Shown here piece by piece: positions 13,010 to 26,407 of a stretch of DNA of 64,000 nucleotides. The notes beneath the pieces were generated by a model. That model was not told the origin of the DNA, did not search any database, and saw only the letters and a program-made list of their open reading frames with translations. The position numbers and the translations under genes were made by a program. How positions within the stretch are numbered: position 1 is the first letter of the stretch; each line of letters starts with the position of its first letter. This DNA comes from Phoronis australis (lineage: Eukaryota > Animalia > Phoronida): the NCBI GenBank assembly GCA_002633005.1, contig NMRA01000120.1, forward strand, positions 191,056 to 255,055, in the 5' to 3' direction.

Positions 13010-16000
13010 TTATTTAGCCAGCTTCAGCACGCTCGATATCATTTCTCCAACACCATCGAATATCTCGTGAAGGCCTGTCTCGCACATGAAGGCTGGCGAA
13101 GTGACGATCTTATTTTTAGTGTCCACGTGAGCTTCGTAATTCGGTTAAGGAACAAGTCAGGTGACACGCAGACGAGTTGAGTGGATACTTACCAAATTAA
13201 CATATGTGATAATACGCACTCAAGCACATGCATAACCTGCTAATGACACTAAAGTAGCCATTTTTGTTTCCATGCAAACACCTCAGTTGAGAGTGAAGAA
13301 CAAAGTGTTAAAATGGACCAAACAACACTTGGAAAATCACTCGCAAATGTTTCTTGTACACCTGAAGAAACTCGAAAGGATATTGTAACGTTTTTCTTGA
13401 TGTGGGTGCATTGAAGTTCTCCAATAGCAGCAGCTGTTCCAGCATATGGCCACCTCCCCCCTTCTTCCTGATCTGAGCCAACAGTTACCTCGCAGTTGGG
13501 GAAAACTTTTGCAGCCAACACCGGAGCAATGCAGCACAATCTAGGAAAGTACAATGACCAATGATGGCAAACTTAAAAACAGTCATTAGGGAATAAACTG
13601 TACAGAAACACCATGTATGACAAAGAAGCTAATCTACAGAGCATTATAGCTTGTGCTGTTTTTATTGCCCTATGCAAAACACTTGTTTTCATTCATGTTT
13701 TGGAGTGGGACCTTTTGTTTTGGTTTTTACATGGTGAGTTAAGTTTTCTAATAATGCATAATAAACACGATCTAACAGAGTTAGTAAATTATTTCATTGG
13801 GATGATTGAGTGAGACCAAGTCAGAAGTTTGTGATTTCAATTTGAACTAATTAGCGCTTTTTGGCTCTTTAAAAAACACTGACAAAACAAATTAAGATAT
13901 CTCAAAGCAACTGCAGTCATTGTAAAGTTTTGACCAATCATTCTGCACTGAATAATGAGCATCAAACTGGTTATCAAAACATGGCACGTAATACGTGACT
14001 AGAGCTGCTAAAATGAGTACTCACCCGATAGGTTTTTCCGAGCTGTGAAAGTCCTTAAGCACGCGTTCAACATCCTGGTTCACTTTCATATTTGTCCCGT
14101 CCACGGCAAAAGTGGACCTACCAGATGACAAGATACAAATAATAATAATAAACGAGACCGCTCGGAAGAGCGACACTTGGCGGAATTAATCGAAAAGACG
14201 ACAATGAGAGCGACGACGACAATCATGACGATCAAGGCGGCAATAATGGATAACACGGTAACATTCATGTGACTAGCGACGAAATCAAATAGAGAGCATA
14301 CAATGAATNNNNNNNNNNNNNNNNNNNNNNNNNNNNNNNNNNNNNNNNNNNNNNNNNNNNNNNNNNNNNNNNNNNNNNNNNNNNNNNNNNNNNNNNNNNN
14401 NNNNNNNNNNNNNNNNNNNNNNNNNNNNNNNNNNNNNNNNNNNNNNNNNNNNNNNNNNNNNNNNNNNNNNNNNNNNNNNNNNNNNNNNNNNNNNNNNNNN
14501 NNNNNNNNNNNNNNNNNNNNNNNNNNNNNNNNNNNNNNNNNNNNNNNNNNNNNNNNNNNNNNNNNNNNNNNNNNNNNNNNNNNNNNNNNNNNNNNNNNNN
14601 NNNNNNNNNNNNNNNNNNNNNNNNNNNNNNNNNNNNNNNNNNNNNNNNNNNNNNNNNNNNNNNNNNNNNNNNNNNNNNNNNNNNNNNNNNNNNNNNNNNN
14701 NNNNNNNNNNNNNNNNNNNNNNNNNNNNNNNNNNNNNNNNNNNNNNNNNNNNNNNNNNNNNNNNNNNNNNNNNNNNNNNNNNNNNNNNNNNNNNNNNNNN
14801 NNGCGACAGCAGAGCGATTGAAACCGTGTGAACATGCCCCACAGCCGCCATCTTGAAGGTGACTTCCGGTTCAATAATTTTTTATAAAAGCTTATTAAAC
14901 TCAACGAACACGTGACCAGTTTGAAAGTGATTGGTTTGCAATTGCGCCCTCTACAGGAGAAAACGTTTTTAGCCCTATTTCGGGGTGCGCATGCGCCACG
15001 TCCAATATTTCCGCCATCTTTAACCGGAAGTCAACGATTTTCTGCACAATTGTAGCACATGCGTTCTAGTATATTCGTACCGATTTTCAGCCATGTAGGT
15101 CGAAAAATGCGGCCTCTACGAGTATTTGACTGTGAAATCGGATACAAAATGGCCGCCACGTCCGCCATTTTGTATCCGATCATGACCAAAAACAATAGCG
15201 TTCCAGTGATTCCCGATCTACATGTTGTGTGCAAATTTCGTGAAAATCGGACCAGAATTGCGACCTGTAGAGAGCGAACAAACAAAAAAAAAAAAAACTT
15301 GCTGTCAGAGCAACATACTTGGCGGAAGAATTCCGCCAAGTAACAATGAAACATACTAGCTGAAGTATCATTTGATTTTAGCTACAAGCGCAATTTAACC
15401 TTGTTCTAACTAAGAAAGATACTTACAGATTTTTAGCAGCGCCAAAACCACCGGGAAACACAACAGCATCAAAGTTTGTGGAAGATAAGTTTGCAATGTC
15501 GTCGATCTTACCCCTCGCAATACGAGCAGACTCCACCATGACGTTCCTACATAATACATGACGAAAGAAGCGTAAGCCATTATAGAGCAATAAAGATAGA
15601 TCCTGCTTTACACACACAAGTGCGAGCATCTCATTACTTGGATGTAACAAGTTGGTTTTGATTAGTTCTTTTGAAAGTAAAAGCAACAAATTTCGAATAC
15701 TACAGTAAAATCTCGCCAAATTCGGACAATAATAATAATAACTGCAAAAATTGCCCGTATTACATTTTTCAAAGGAAATGTTCAAAACGGTTTTGAATGC
15801 TTGTCCATAATTTCTCAAAATATTGACTGATGGTATAGCTATGTTATAGAACTAGGAAGTGGTGAAGCATTTATTTGACTCAAGGAAAAAAATAAGACAT
15901 AAAATTTCACTAGTTCTCCATGATGTGTGCTAAATTGGTAAAATTTTACAGTAAACAAGCCTCGTTGTGTCTTCAAAGAACTCAAAGGATGCACTACTCA

Positions 16001-19000
16001 ATCATGTCAATAGCCAGTCCACGACAGTCAACACTGTTGCCAAAATCTGTATTTTGGATGTTCACAGGCCTTTGGAGGTCTCCCTGAGATTGTAAATATG
16101 TGTAAAACTGTGACTGTGTTGTGTTTTCTTATGGAGAAAGAAGTCTGTCTGTCTATCTACTTCAAAAGTTGGGATAATTAACTTTAAAATTTTACTTCTG
16201 ATTTTTGGAGAGAAATGAATGTTAAAAGCCATAATTTTTAATGTTTGTAAGTAACAACATTCTATGCCACAAAAGCCCGTGAATACAGGTTAATTTGTAT
16301 ATCAATTTACACTGAAGTTAACAATGCTGCCAACATACATTTTACTATTAAACTCCAAGAAAAATCTCTGGCTGAGAGCAATAGTGACCTCTGGTGTTGC
16401 AAACCAATCATTAAGTTCCCAAGGAACAGATGAGACTTTATTGACTTTTCTTTCCTTACCTAGCTGGCTCCATGGGTTCACCTTTGGTGTGATCGATCAC
16501 ATGCATTTGGTTGATGTTTGGCGCAAACATAGACACTTCAGCACCAGCACGACTCAGATGGACCAAACATCTACAGTAGCAATAAACAGGGCAAGGGTAC
16601 TGTACATAAAACACTTCTTTAGAAAAATTCACTAATTTTGCTAAAAAATAATAGCCAAAATTGTCACTTTTCTTTTTTTAAAGGGTGATTACTTTAGTGC
16701 ACATAATGGAAAATTTAACAAACGTTGTTTTATGACAAGTACGCAATACAAATCATGCTAGTAATAGAATAAAATTTCCTTAAATCTTTTTTGTGCAAAA
16801 ATTTGACACAATAAAATTTCACTTTTCGGCCATGTTGTGTTCCAAATAAGGGAAGAATTACCCAAGTAAAGTTCCTCAAGGGACATGAACTCCATTATTT
16901 CTGGAATAATCTGTCAACACAAAATTGCCATCTAACGTATTAGTAAAAGTTCATGTCAAAATTCAATTAGATCAGAGTTCCAAGTTAAAGTGTCTAATTT
17001 TGATTGCACTACACAACAAAGAATAACAGACTTCTCAGCACTAATTCATTGAAAACATGAAGTTCATATCACAAGTTGTTTGAAAACTACTCCATCCTGA
17101 TCAAGCAAACATTCAATTTTGAAACCTCAACTTTGTAAATAAAAAGAAAACACAGAGCTTTTGTAAGTGATCTGCCTTAGCTGGAGGAATTCTGCAACAA
17201 AGAACCACTGTCCTCAATTTGATTTTTCTAACAACTGGCAGGCATATTGTAAATGGCATTATCCTTGCATCATTCAGAAGTTATACTGATAGCTGGGTTG
17301 TACACTTCGGAACTCTGTTCCGAAAAGTTTCACCGGGTAGTTTCACAATGTGTACACACACTCAGTGGTGGATTTAGGGGGGTAGGGGGGTGCACCCCTT
17401 TATCGCCGACAAAAATGAATAATTCAAATGAAACATAAATAAATTTTAGTCAGTGGTATTTGTTATTTTGTGTGTATATGAGTGTGGGTGTGCGTGCATG
17501 TGTGAAAAATGTTGGGCCTGCCTTATGATATCCTAAATCTGTAACTAAAACTACTAGGTGAAGTTCAGGGCAAGATTCACGCACTTCAATGTCTATGATT
17601 CATTACATGACCATAATCAAAAAGCCATAAACAATTGTTAGGCAGTGCACAGTTTATCAGGTCAGGGTAATTTGTTTGTGCCAAGATGAATACTGCTTTC
17701 TGTTAAATGTAGATCTACAGTTACAGGCCAGGTAGAAGAATGCAGCTCAATCGCAGAGCTACATATATAGGCACATATTGCCTTTGTGTGTGAATCTTGA
17801 CTCTTCTCATTGTAAAGTGCACCGCTTTTGAGGTTTCATCCACCATGCTTAGAAGCTGATGGGGCCCACTCTGTTTCAGACCATACGTACGCAGAGGCTT
17901 CGTGTACCTCAGACCCATCATACACACCACAGCCAGAGAGAACCTGAAAATAAATTAATTTTTGTATAAGCCAATAAGCACTGCAGCACAGTAATGTTGG
18001 TATGCTTAACTTGGAACCCCGCTTACTCTCTAAATGTGGTATGTGTAAGCATGGAATTGTATGTTCATTAAAGCAATCACACGTGAAACTTGTTGTCTAC
18101 TGTAAAGAATATTTGTAATTAATTGCACTATAATTACCCATTTCCTCCTTTACTGAGACTTGTGTCACAAAATTAGAGGAATTACGTCATGAATGGTCAA
18201 TTAATTTTTTGGTGGATAAGATCACCAATTTTTGATAAAAGACAATAAAGGTTGGTCAATTCATATTATTTTATCAATGTGTAATTTGCTTTAGAACAGC
18301 ACAACATTTTATCAATGTGAACGTGATTATATTTAGTGAACTTGCCAAGTTCATGCATACGCGACCTTGAGATCAAGTGGAACTCCACGATCAATCACAA
18401 TATTGTGACTTGCAAGCTCTGAACCTTCATAGGGACTTTTTTCCAAGGAACGAAGAGGGCACTGGCAACCAAACATTCAAAATTCGAACTAGCACAATAC
18501 CTGGTCAAGTGGTAAAGTGAAAGTTCTCGATACACCCTCTGGGAGCATTCATATATTACACAATCCAAAGTTTGTCACTTTTTATCATGATCACATCTTG
18601 GTAGGATGAAATGGTGGGTCATGGTTTATGAATTAGTCAATTCCCCCAAAGGTGAACCTGCAGTTTCCCAATGATATATACTCTGATGAGTCTACCCCAT
18701 CCCGTCAAAAATCCTCATCTTTTCCAAACCCCATCCGCCTCTCGAGTGAATGCATGCTCCCTTATACCAACCATGCCGGCTCTCAGGCTCCTTGAGAGAC
18801 GCGAGACCAAAGCCTAAGGTCCAACTTAGCCAAGACTGTCAAACAATTCTCATAACTTTCTTACACCCCAGTAGAGCCTGAATTAGTACGGGATTGTGTA
18901 AATCGTACCACCATCTGAACTGGGTCAGCACAGCCCGCCACACAAAGATGTTGCAGCACAGACTGATGGGGGGCTTCTGTACAGGTATTGGGTCCACAAT

Positions 19001-19518
19001 GACAGCATGACAACATCTCACTTAGTAGCCTTGTTACAATGCTGTGTAAATATCGGTTCTCTAGTTTGACATCCAGTCATACGCATGGGGCTATCTGACT
19101 GGTACCTGTCCTCACTGAGACTACTAAGCTGAAGTTTGGCATAAACTAGACAACGATTGATTGGCCAAGAGAAACACAGTATCCGAATTAGACTTTAGTC
19201 TGGCATTCGTCGCATTCAATAGGTAAACCTGGTGTTAACTGGAATACATCTGGCACATTGGCCCACTGTAAAAACATAGTCCTAACTAGTTCTTTTATCA
19301 TTTAACATAAACATGTCCAAAAAGAAATGCCGGTCTCTCAGACTCAGTCGAGTGCCTGACAGACCCAAGCTCATCAACAGCGCAAATTATTAATATGCAG
19401 CAAGCAATACCACAGCTACTTTAGCACTCATGACACTCGTCGTGTGAATTGCTTCTCTTGCAACAAATTTGCTTAAAGGCAAAGTTGCTTGGCGGAGCAG
19501 CAAGCCAGCAGATAACAT
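13010..19518 (-). CDS. GATD3: ES1 protein homolog, mitochondrial (GATD3/C21orf33; DJ-1/PfpI-like class I glutamine amidotransferase-like fold)
   Basis: Seven exons: 19411-19518 ([18 protein letters not shown]..., transit-peptide-like), 17891-17943 ([17 protein letters not shown]), 16460-16570, 15427-15546 ([13 protein letters not shown]...[11 protein letters not shown]), 14025-14117 (..KPIG), 13384-13540 ([18 protein letters not shown]) and 13010-13135 ([18 protein letters not shown]..stop). The last intron is AT-AC. Confidence 0.96.
13136..13383 (-). other. U12-type (minor spliceosome) AT-AC intron
   Basis: On the minus strand the 5' site is ATATCCTTT (13383 downward), the branch site is TTCCTTAAC (13152-13144) and the 3' end is AC (13137-13136). 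Splicing joins ..KKNVT to EAHVD.. in frame. Confidence 0.95.
14150..15346 (+). mobile_element. Helentron/HINE-like non-autonomous element spanning an assembly gap in an ES1 intron
   Basis: 5' subterminal motif acttggcggaatt (14175). 3' hairpin acttggcggaa-gaa-ttccgccaagt (15317-15341) contains its inverse. There is an internal aaaatggc..gccatttt palindrome. Confidence 0.6.
14309..14801. other. Assembly gap (N run)
   Basis: Run of N bases. Confidence 1.
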
Positions 19519-19519
19519 T

Positions 19520-19600
19520 TCGTCGCGCGAAAGTGTAAATCTCCTGTCTTGAAGTTCCTAAAAGAAGTCTACTTCCGGTGTAAACAAAAACTGACTATTT
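19520..19600. promoter_or_regulatory. Probable bidirectional promoter between GATD3 and POMK
   Basis: The genes are head to head. An ETS motif ACTTCCGG (19571) and TCGCGCGA (~19523) lie just upstream of the ES1 ATG. The POMK transcription start cannot be determined. Confidence 0.45.
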
Positions 19601-20309
19601 GAAGCCTGGATCTTTGACGAGCAAAATTCTCTATCTTTAGGTTCGTTTTGCAACCAATGGTATTGTAAGAAAAGTGTGAGACGCAACTAAACTTCCTGAA
19701 GAATCCAACTATCCGATAAAACACCTCAAGAACTGTTGTCCTTGTGCTTGAACTTGGTGACTGGACCACTGCCACTGACTCACTCGCTGGCACTGTCTGT
19801 GCCTGGACATGCTTGATGACTTGATCTCAAGATGGGGTATGCATGAATTTGGAATTAGATCTTGAGAGTAACCAGAAAGGAGGGTAGAGTTCATTTGGTG
19901 TCTTGCGACCAGAAACATATAGCCAATTAAAATACCTGGGAATATCTCGCAAAGTCTAAAAGTCTTGCTCTTTAGCGAGGTCCTAGCGTTAGGTTCTAGC
20001 GTTACTGAACTCTACCGAGCTTTATAAAAATTCAGACTCAAAGTTCATGGTCAGGTGAAACTTGTTGCTTAGTACAATTATTTTTGCAATGTTTAGCCCT
20101 GGACCTTGTGTCACTGAATCAAGAGGGATGTGTGAATCAAAGGCACTCCCAGCTGGTTGACACTACCTGTGTTACGTTATAATAAACCCTTCAAAAACAT
20201 TCTGTCCCCTTCAGAAAATTATTGGTATTTTTTTCAAACAACCATCCATGCACATAAATTATACACCCTGAAATCATTACATTAGCACAGAATGATGTAT
20301 ATTACACAC

Positions 20310-20530
20310 CGAAAGTATTCAGACAAAATGACCTGAAATTCCCTGTCATGATGGCTGGCCGAGAATTCAAATTCTTCATTAAAATAGTCTTCCCTCATGA
20401 TCAAAAATGAAGGACAATTATAAGGAAAGTTGGTAAGGTGGCTCAACCATTTTGTAATTAGAATTTCGATGCCCTAATAGCTACTATCAGTCATGACAAG
20501 GGAAACGGTATTTTGTCTGATTACTTTTGT
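20310..20530. mobile_element. MITE
   Basis: aaagtattcagacaaaat..ccctgtcatga and tcatgacaaggg..attttgtctgattacttt are inverted ends. A similar end lies at ~32850-32890. Confidence 0.6.
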
Positions 20531-21722
20531 CTTTTACTGTAGAATGCCATAAATTACCATGAAAAAAGCAGTTTAATTTCTTCAGTACAACTTGCGTCTA
20601 AGTCCAAGGTGATGTATACATAAACTTAATATGCTTTGCTTCTGCGGACAAACGTTGATGCTACCTGCCTTCCGGGCGTGGATGCTAGTGGAATCTATGA
20701 GATGGCAGCACATGGGTGTTTGACACTGAGTGTTGCAATCATCAGCACCTCTCTATGTGTGTTTTTGGTACCACTGCATTCTGTGTTATGTACCACAGCA
20801 GCTTCCTTCTATTTGCAACATGCTCAAACGTTATATAAATAAGAAATGCAACCTGAAGCGACATAGCCACTGAGCTTATCTAAGAACAAAATTAAAGCTT
20901 TAGAAATTGTTGAAAGAGGTTATTTATACCTAAGCTGTTAAGCTAATTAAGAAGCTGAATTGAAAACAGAAGGAACAAAATACTGCTGTGCACTGTTTTG
21001 GCAGAAGCTATCCCTGCCTCTTCTCAAAATTGTAGAAAATATACAGTTGTGTGGTGTCATATTTATTGGAATCTACACTCATTTTTATGATTGTAATTAA
21101 GGCATAGACATCCACAGCCATCCTCAGTATTCTTAAGTAGGGAAGTCCCATCTAGTACTGTTAGCAAAGTATGTTAGTGTAAATCATAAATATGATACTG
21201 ATACTGAGCATTGTTCATCCTGAGAAGCCCAAACACCTGCAGCAGAACTCTTTCTAATGGAAGCATTTGCAGGGATTGTTATTGTAACAAGTGCCTGCCA
21301 ACTGTTGGCTTACTAGTTACAGATGAAGAGGTTACAAGCACCAATGATGCATGGTCGTTGGCCAAATGGTTCAAGGGTTCTTTCCAGTATTAGTTGGTAG
21401 TAGGTAACATTGTCACCTTTGTTGTGTCTAAAGGTCATGTGTACTTTAAACTCCCTAAACCCCCACCTATTTGTTTATGTAGATTATGTACACATAAATA
21501 GAATTAAATTGAAAATATGTTAGTTCGAAATCTATATGGCATCTTAACTTAATCATTGTCAAGTGGTTGATACAAGTTCCCAAGATATAACATTCTTTTG
21601 ATGAAACATAACACATAATACTATCTTCTTTGTTCTCTATTACAGCTGGAAGCTGGGCTGGTGTAAAGCAAATGGTGGGTGATAGCAAGATGTCTCACTA
21701 GCTCAGTTTGTAGAGGACCAGA

Positions 21723-23056
21723 ATGAGATGTTCATGCTTTAACTTGGCATGCTTGACAGTCTGCCTTCTTGTTTGTGCCATGTTGCTGAAGAAGATGAGG
21801 CTGAAACCTGCATTGGAACGATGTTGGACAGATACTGTGAACAAATCCAGTGTAATCTGCCAGTTGAAATGTGACAAAGGTTACTTCAGTCTCCCTGGAA
21901 TGAGTAGCTGTCACCGGTGGTTACAATGTGGTGATATGAACCACGTGGAAATTGGCAAGGAAATCGGTCAAGGTGCTGTCAAACAGGTGACCGAGTTAAG
22001 GTTTCTGTCTGGGTTTATTTCAGATAGTGCTTCCAGACAAGATTGCCTGTGTGAAATGCATGCAATACTATGCATTATTGTATTATAACCAGCTTACTGT
22101 ATCTTGTCACTGAAGCTGAATGTCTTTGTAATCAGCCATCTAACACCTTTTTAAAAGAAAATGAAAAGAAAGTTAACTTTTTTGACATTTCATCTTGTGA
22201 TCTAGCCTTCGTAAACTAACATTATAAATAAATCTGGCTGATTGGATCTCGAAACATCTTATTTGATCCATGATTATTTCAGGTATATCTTGGAAAGTGG
22301 GGGAGTACACCAGTTGTTGTCAGCAAACTGAGGACACCGTCATTTTATGAAGATTTCAGTCATGGACTGGAGATGTTAATGCTTTATCAGCCTCACCCAT
22401 TGTTTGCCCAGTTGGTGGGCTTCTGCTTAAATCAAGACAAGAGCATCATCTTAACACAGTACTATCCATTAGGCAGCGCAAGCAATCTACACGTGATTCT
22501 TTCATCAAGAGAGTATTTATCTCATAACACACTGAGAACACGTTTCCAACTGTGTATTGACTATGCAGCCATTCTCAGTCGGTTACATAATAATGACACT
22601 GGTGCTGCACGGATAATGTGCGACTCGAGCAGTCTTGATCAGACTCTTCAGCAGTATTTAATCACGAGTGACATGCATCTGATTGTTAATGATCTCGATG
22701 CTCTGCCGCTGGTGGACAGTGAACACAATGTAACGGCTGTGTGCGGACACAGGGAGCTGGTTGGAGACTTTGTAGCCCCAGAGCAGCTGTGGCCATATGA
22801 AGATGAAGATTACGCGGATGAATTGATGCCCGGGTATACTGAGAAGACGGACATTTGGAAGGTACCCGATGTCTGCGAATTCTTCTTGGGTGAATATCCG
22901 CAGTCGCAAGTGGTCAAGTTTCATTTATTTAAAATCCATCGGCAGTGTAAGGACATGGATGCGAATCGAAGACCAACTGCATCTGACGTGCTTGAAGAGT
23001 ATCGAAACACGTGGGAGGAATTGAAGATGACAAGCAATGCTAAAGAAGACTTATGA
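21723..23056 (+). CDS. POMK: Protein O-mannose kinase (SGK196)
   Basis: Exons 21723-21986 and 22283-23056. N-terminal hydrophobic signal-anchor, then C..GYF......C..WL.C, IGQGAVKQ|VYL, RIMCDS, NDLDALPLV, CGHRELVGDFVAPEQLWP and EKTDIWKVPD, all matching POMK motifs. Confidence 0.95.
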
Positions 23057-23985
23057 ATGGATTTTAGTTTATCTTTGTTTTTCTCCATGTACTAGTACCA
23101 TTTCACATTTTCTGGATTTTTCAGAAATAAATGATTAAGCCTTTCATTTTAATTTTGTACACGCTTGCGTAAAAATCTTCCTCTTAGTTTTGCAAATAAA
23201 TTCAGTATGTCCAGAAAAACCTTGAGAATTTTTTCTTAAAATACAGTGACTCTGAGACATTATGATAGGGAATATGGGTCCTCCTAGGTCCTCCAATGGA
23301 CAATGCTTTAGGAAATCAATGTCTTAGTACCTTTTAATGCCAGGTGATTGAATTTAGGCAAAAATCATATGCCCTCTCCCAAACAGAAAAATCCACATAC
23401 GCTTATGGTGACTATGCGTGTGTATGTATCGGTCGATTGTCCGTTGACGAGGGGGACAGGATGACCAGAGGGAGTTGTTGTGAAATGTTTTAAAAGTAAA
23501 TGAAGCAAAGTTTTTACATCAAATTTAATCATTGGATGGAACAGACATTGGCTGAAGTGGACATTAATGCAACATATTTGACCAAAAATCACATAAGTGA
23601 ATGATTTCTTTCTTAAAGCCTGTGGTCTGTTTCATGAAGTTGACGGCAGACTTAAGACAGAAATTTGATCTTTTAAGCTTAAAAGCTCCCATTACTGAAG
23701 AAAGGTTAAACCAAGTAATTATGAGTGCATTACAGTCTGAAAATAATTTGTAGAAATTATCTCAGTAACTAGCAAAGCTTTGTATGTTCTTAGAGACTTT
23801 TCACTTTTGCTCAAGTGAGACTTAATTATTTTTCATAAATAGTTGTGTGTAGCCTCAGTCTAAAGCCATCTATTATAAAACAGACCCCTGAAATGGCAAC
23901 AACAAAAACAACATAAATCTTCCAAGATGTTCAGAAATTGACTTTTGGTAATATTAAAGCTTTTGTCAGGTTATACATACCTACG

Positions 23986-25485
23986 TATAGACCCAATTTA
24001 CGCCGACAGGAGGCGCGTTCCAAAACGAGGCTCGCTACGATAGCTGTTACCTTATCGACTTCATTCCACGTTGCTCTGCAAACGGCTAGAAAAAATATGG
24101 ACACTCAAGTGTCTGCTTTATAATCCCTAAAGACGTTGGGATTCGGAAGCTTTGGGTCCTTGCCATACGCCGCGACGAAGCAAAATATGTCCGTGTAAAA
24201 TTTATAAATGTTTTCGAAAAGTTCGATCATATTTTGTCGCATCTTGGTTGCCAAGAAGCATCATAGTAACGACCGGAGTATGGGCCAGCCAGGGTGTGTT
24301 TTCATGACTACGGGTTGAAACATTATAATTTTTCTTTCCAAAAAGGACAGGGATCTCAATCCCTCGAATTTGGGACCCAATATCGGCCCTATTTCCCTCT
24401 CAAAAATTTTGAAATATCACGCGAAATTCCCCCCAAAGTACGAGGCATAAAAATTCCCCTAGTGAAAAATTCTCTCTGAGTTCACATCACCTGTAACCAC
24501 ACAGGTGACAATTTTTAAGAGCACAAAAGGCTACTTTAAATTGAGACAGAGCCTATGAGAGCCTGCAACAGGGCGGGGGTGCTATTGACGGTGATCGGGA
24601 GGTAGATTGTTCCCCTCACATGGCGAAAAAATCGCCTCTCAGTAGGCACTGGCACCTTTCCCCTCGGATGAACGAGGCTCATGGAGAAACATGATAACTA
24701 TGACTGCTTTGTCCAATTAACTGAAATTAAGTACTAAAACGAGGTTATGCTTTGGACGAACGAATTGGGTGTCTTAATTTTAAAATTCAACTTGGTCCAG
24801 ATTGATATTTGAAAACCCTAACACATGAAATAGACGTAAGAATTATTACAACCAAGAAAGCAGAACTGATGGTCAAATAATTTTTATTTTTAATTACGAG
24901 CCTGGTTTTTTTATTTTAATAAAAAATATATTTAATAACATCAACTATTATTCTTTCAGATCAACGACAAATCAACTGTTAGTCCCAGTGAGTACATAGG
25001 ATCAGGCCACGCTTGATGTTAATATTCTTGATCAACAAATTAAACCAGATGTGACTTATTGCACATGACAGCCACCACTGTCGAATATGTCAACTCCTCA
25101 ACAATACGAGCAGATGACCTGGTTTGCATAGAAAGTATTTTGATCAACAATTTACAAGAAAAAACGTAACCCTGGATTCAGCATAATACCTAATCCGTAA
25201 CACTACAATCGCCGCAATTTGGTCATATTTACTTTTCATGTTTCGAACCTAGTTTTCCGAAAAAAAATAAACCCTTTCGTCAGACAACTCTTTGGTGCCT
25301 TAACTTGTTCTCTAATGTAATTTTCTACATCTCTGTGATTAATTGTCGACACATTATTAAAATCTAATATCCAGAATGGACTTGAAAGACCAGCTATTTA
25401 ACTCCCGCAATGTCAACTTCCGCTTTGTTTATCGCAGTGAGCCTCGCTTTGGATTTTAAAGTCCACCACGTGAATTGGGTCTATA
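23986..25485. mobile_element. ~1.5 kb non-autonomous DNA transposon
   Basis: TIRs tatagacccaatttacg and cgtgaattgggtctata, plus inner inverted segments cgaggctcgctacgata and tatcgcagtgagcctcg. No transposase ORF. Confidence 0.7.
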
Positions 25486-26407
25486 TGTAGTGCAATTCTA
25501 TGTATTTAGGCAAATTGCTTTACTTTTCATACTATATAACGATCACAACAGTTCAATGGTTTTGTTTACAAACAACATTATATACATTCACAAACAACTT
25601 CAACCATCATGATGCTAAAACCAACAATTGACAGAGTCCAAATAATCGTCACAATCCACAAACCAAAAAATTAATTTGAAAAGCCACCATACATATAACA
25701 TTCCAAAGGCAGTTTAAGATACATTGGCACACTAGACCCCACACAACGAACATTTGCCTGAAAGATAACAAAAAGTAAAAGGAATCTTATGCAAAAATAA
25801 CAAAAAATAACACTAGGAAAATGCGATGGCTAGAAGTTTTTAAACTGGAATTGACAGTGCAGTGTATTCTAAAGAGAACATACACCGCACAGCTAGATAT
25901 TCATGTTCAGAATAGATTTGATTGCCCACCCCTCAGTCTTGAGCTACAAGTCCCACATGTGTTTGTGCATCAATTCTGGCTACTAGGTCCTTTGAATGTC
26001 ACGCACAATTTGTGCATGACCTTGTCTAGTAACTCTTGGAACCATATATTTTCATGCTTCAAGCTTCAGCGGGCTTTAACAGGCAACAATGCAAGTAACA
26101 TCCTGAGTAATACTACCATTGCACTGAACTTGGACAAATTTGTCGAAGGCTCACCACAGTGAGACCTACAACAGAGATGCAGTCTATATCAGAGTAGTCC
26201 TCCTTCCTGACAAACTGCACATATCAGACATTCTTCTTTCACGAACACTACTCTTCACAAGCTACTTTTTCCTACACCAAAAATTAATTTCCCACAAACG
26301 AATTTCCTTTGTCACAAACCAGTGCCCATTTACAAAGACGTGTTTGTGAGAAAAGAAAAAAGTTCGGGTTTGTAAGAACAAATATGGCAAATGTCACGGG
26401 CAAACAA

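Noticed and set aside
14086-14904. Long ORFs of 172-272 aa in the ORF track
   Set aside because: They are artefacts of translating through the N gap.
18683-18710. CTGATGAG hammerhead core candidates (also ~27585)
   Set aside because: No stem II followed by GAAA.
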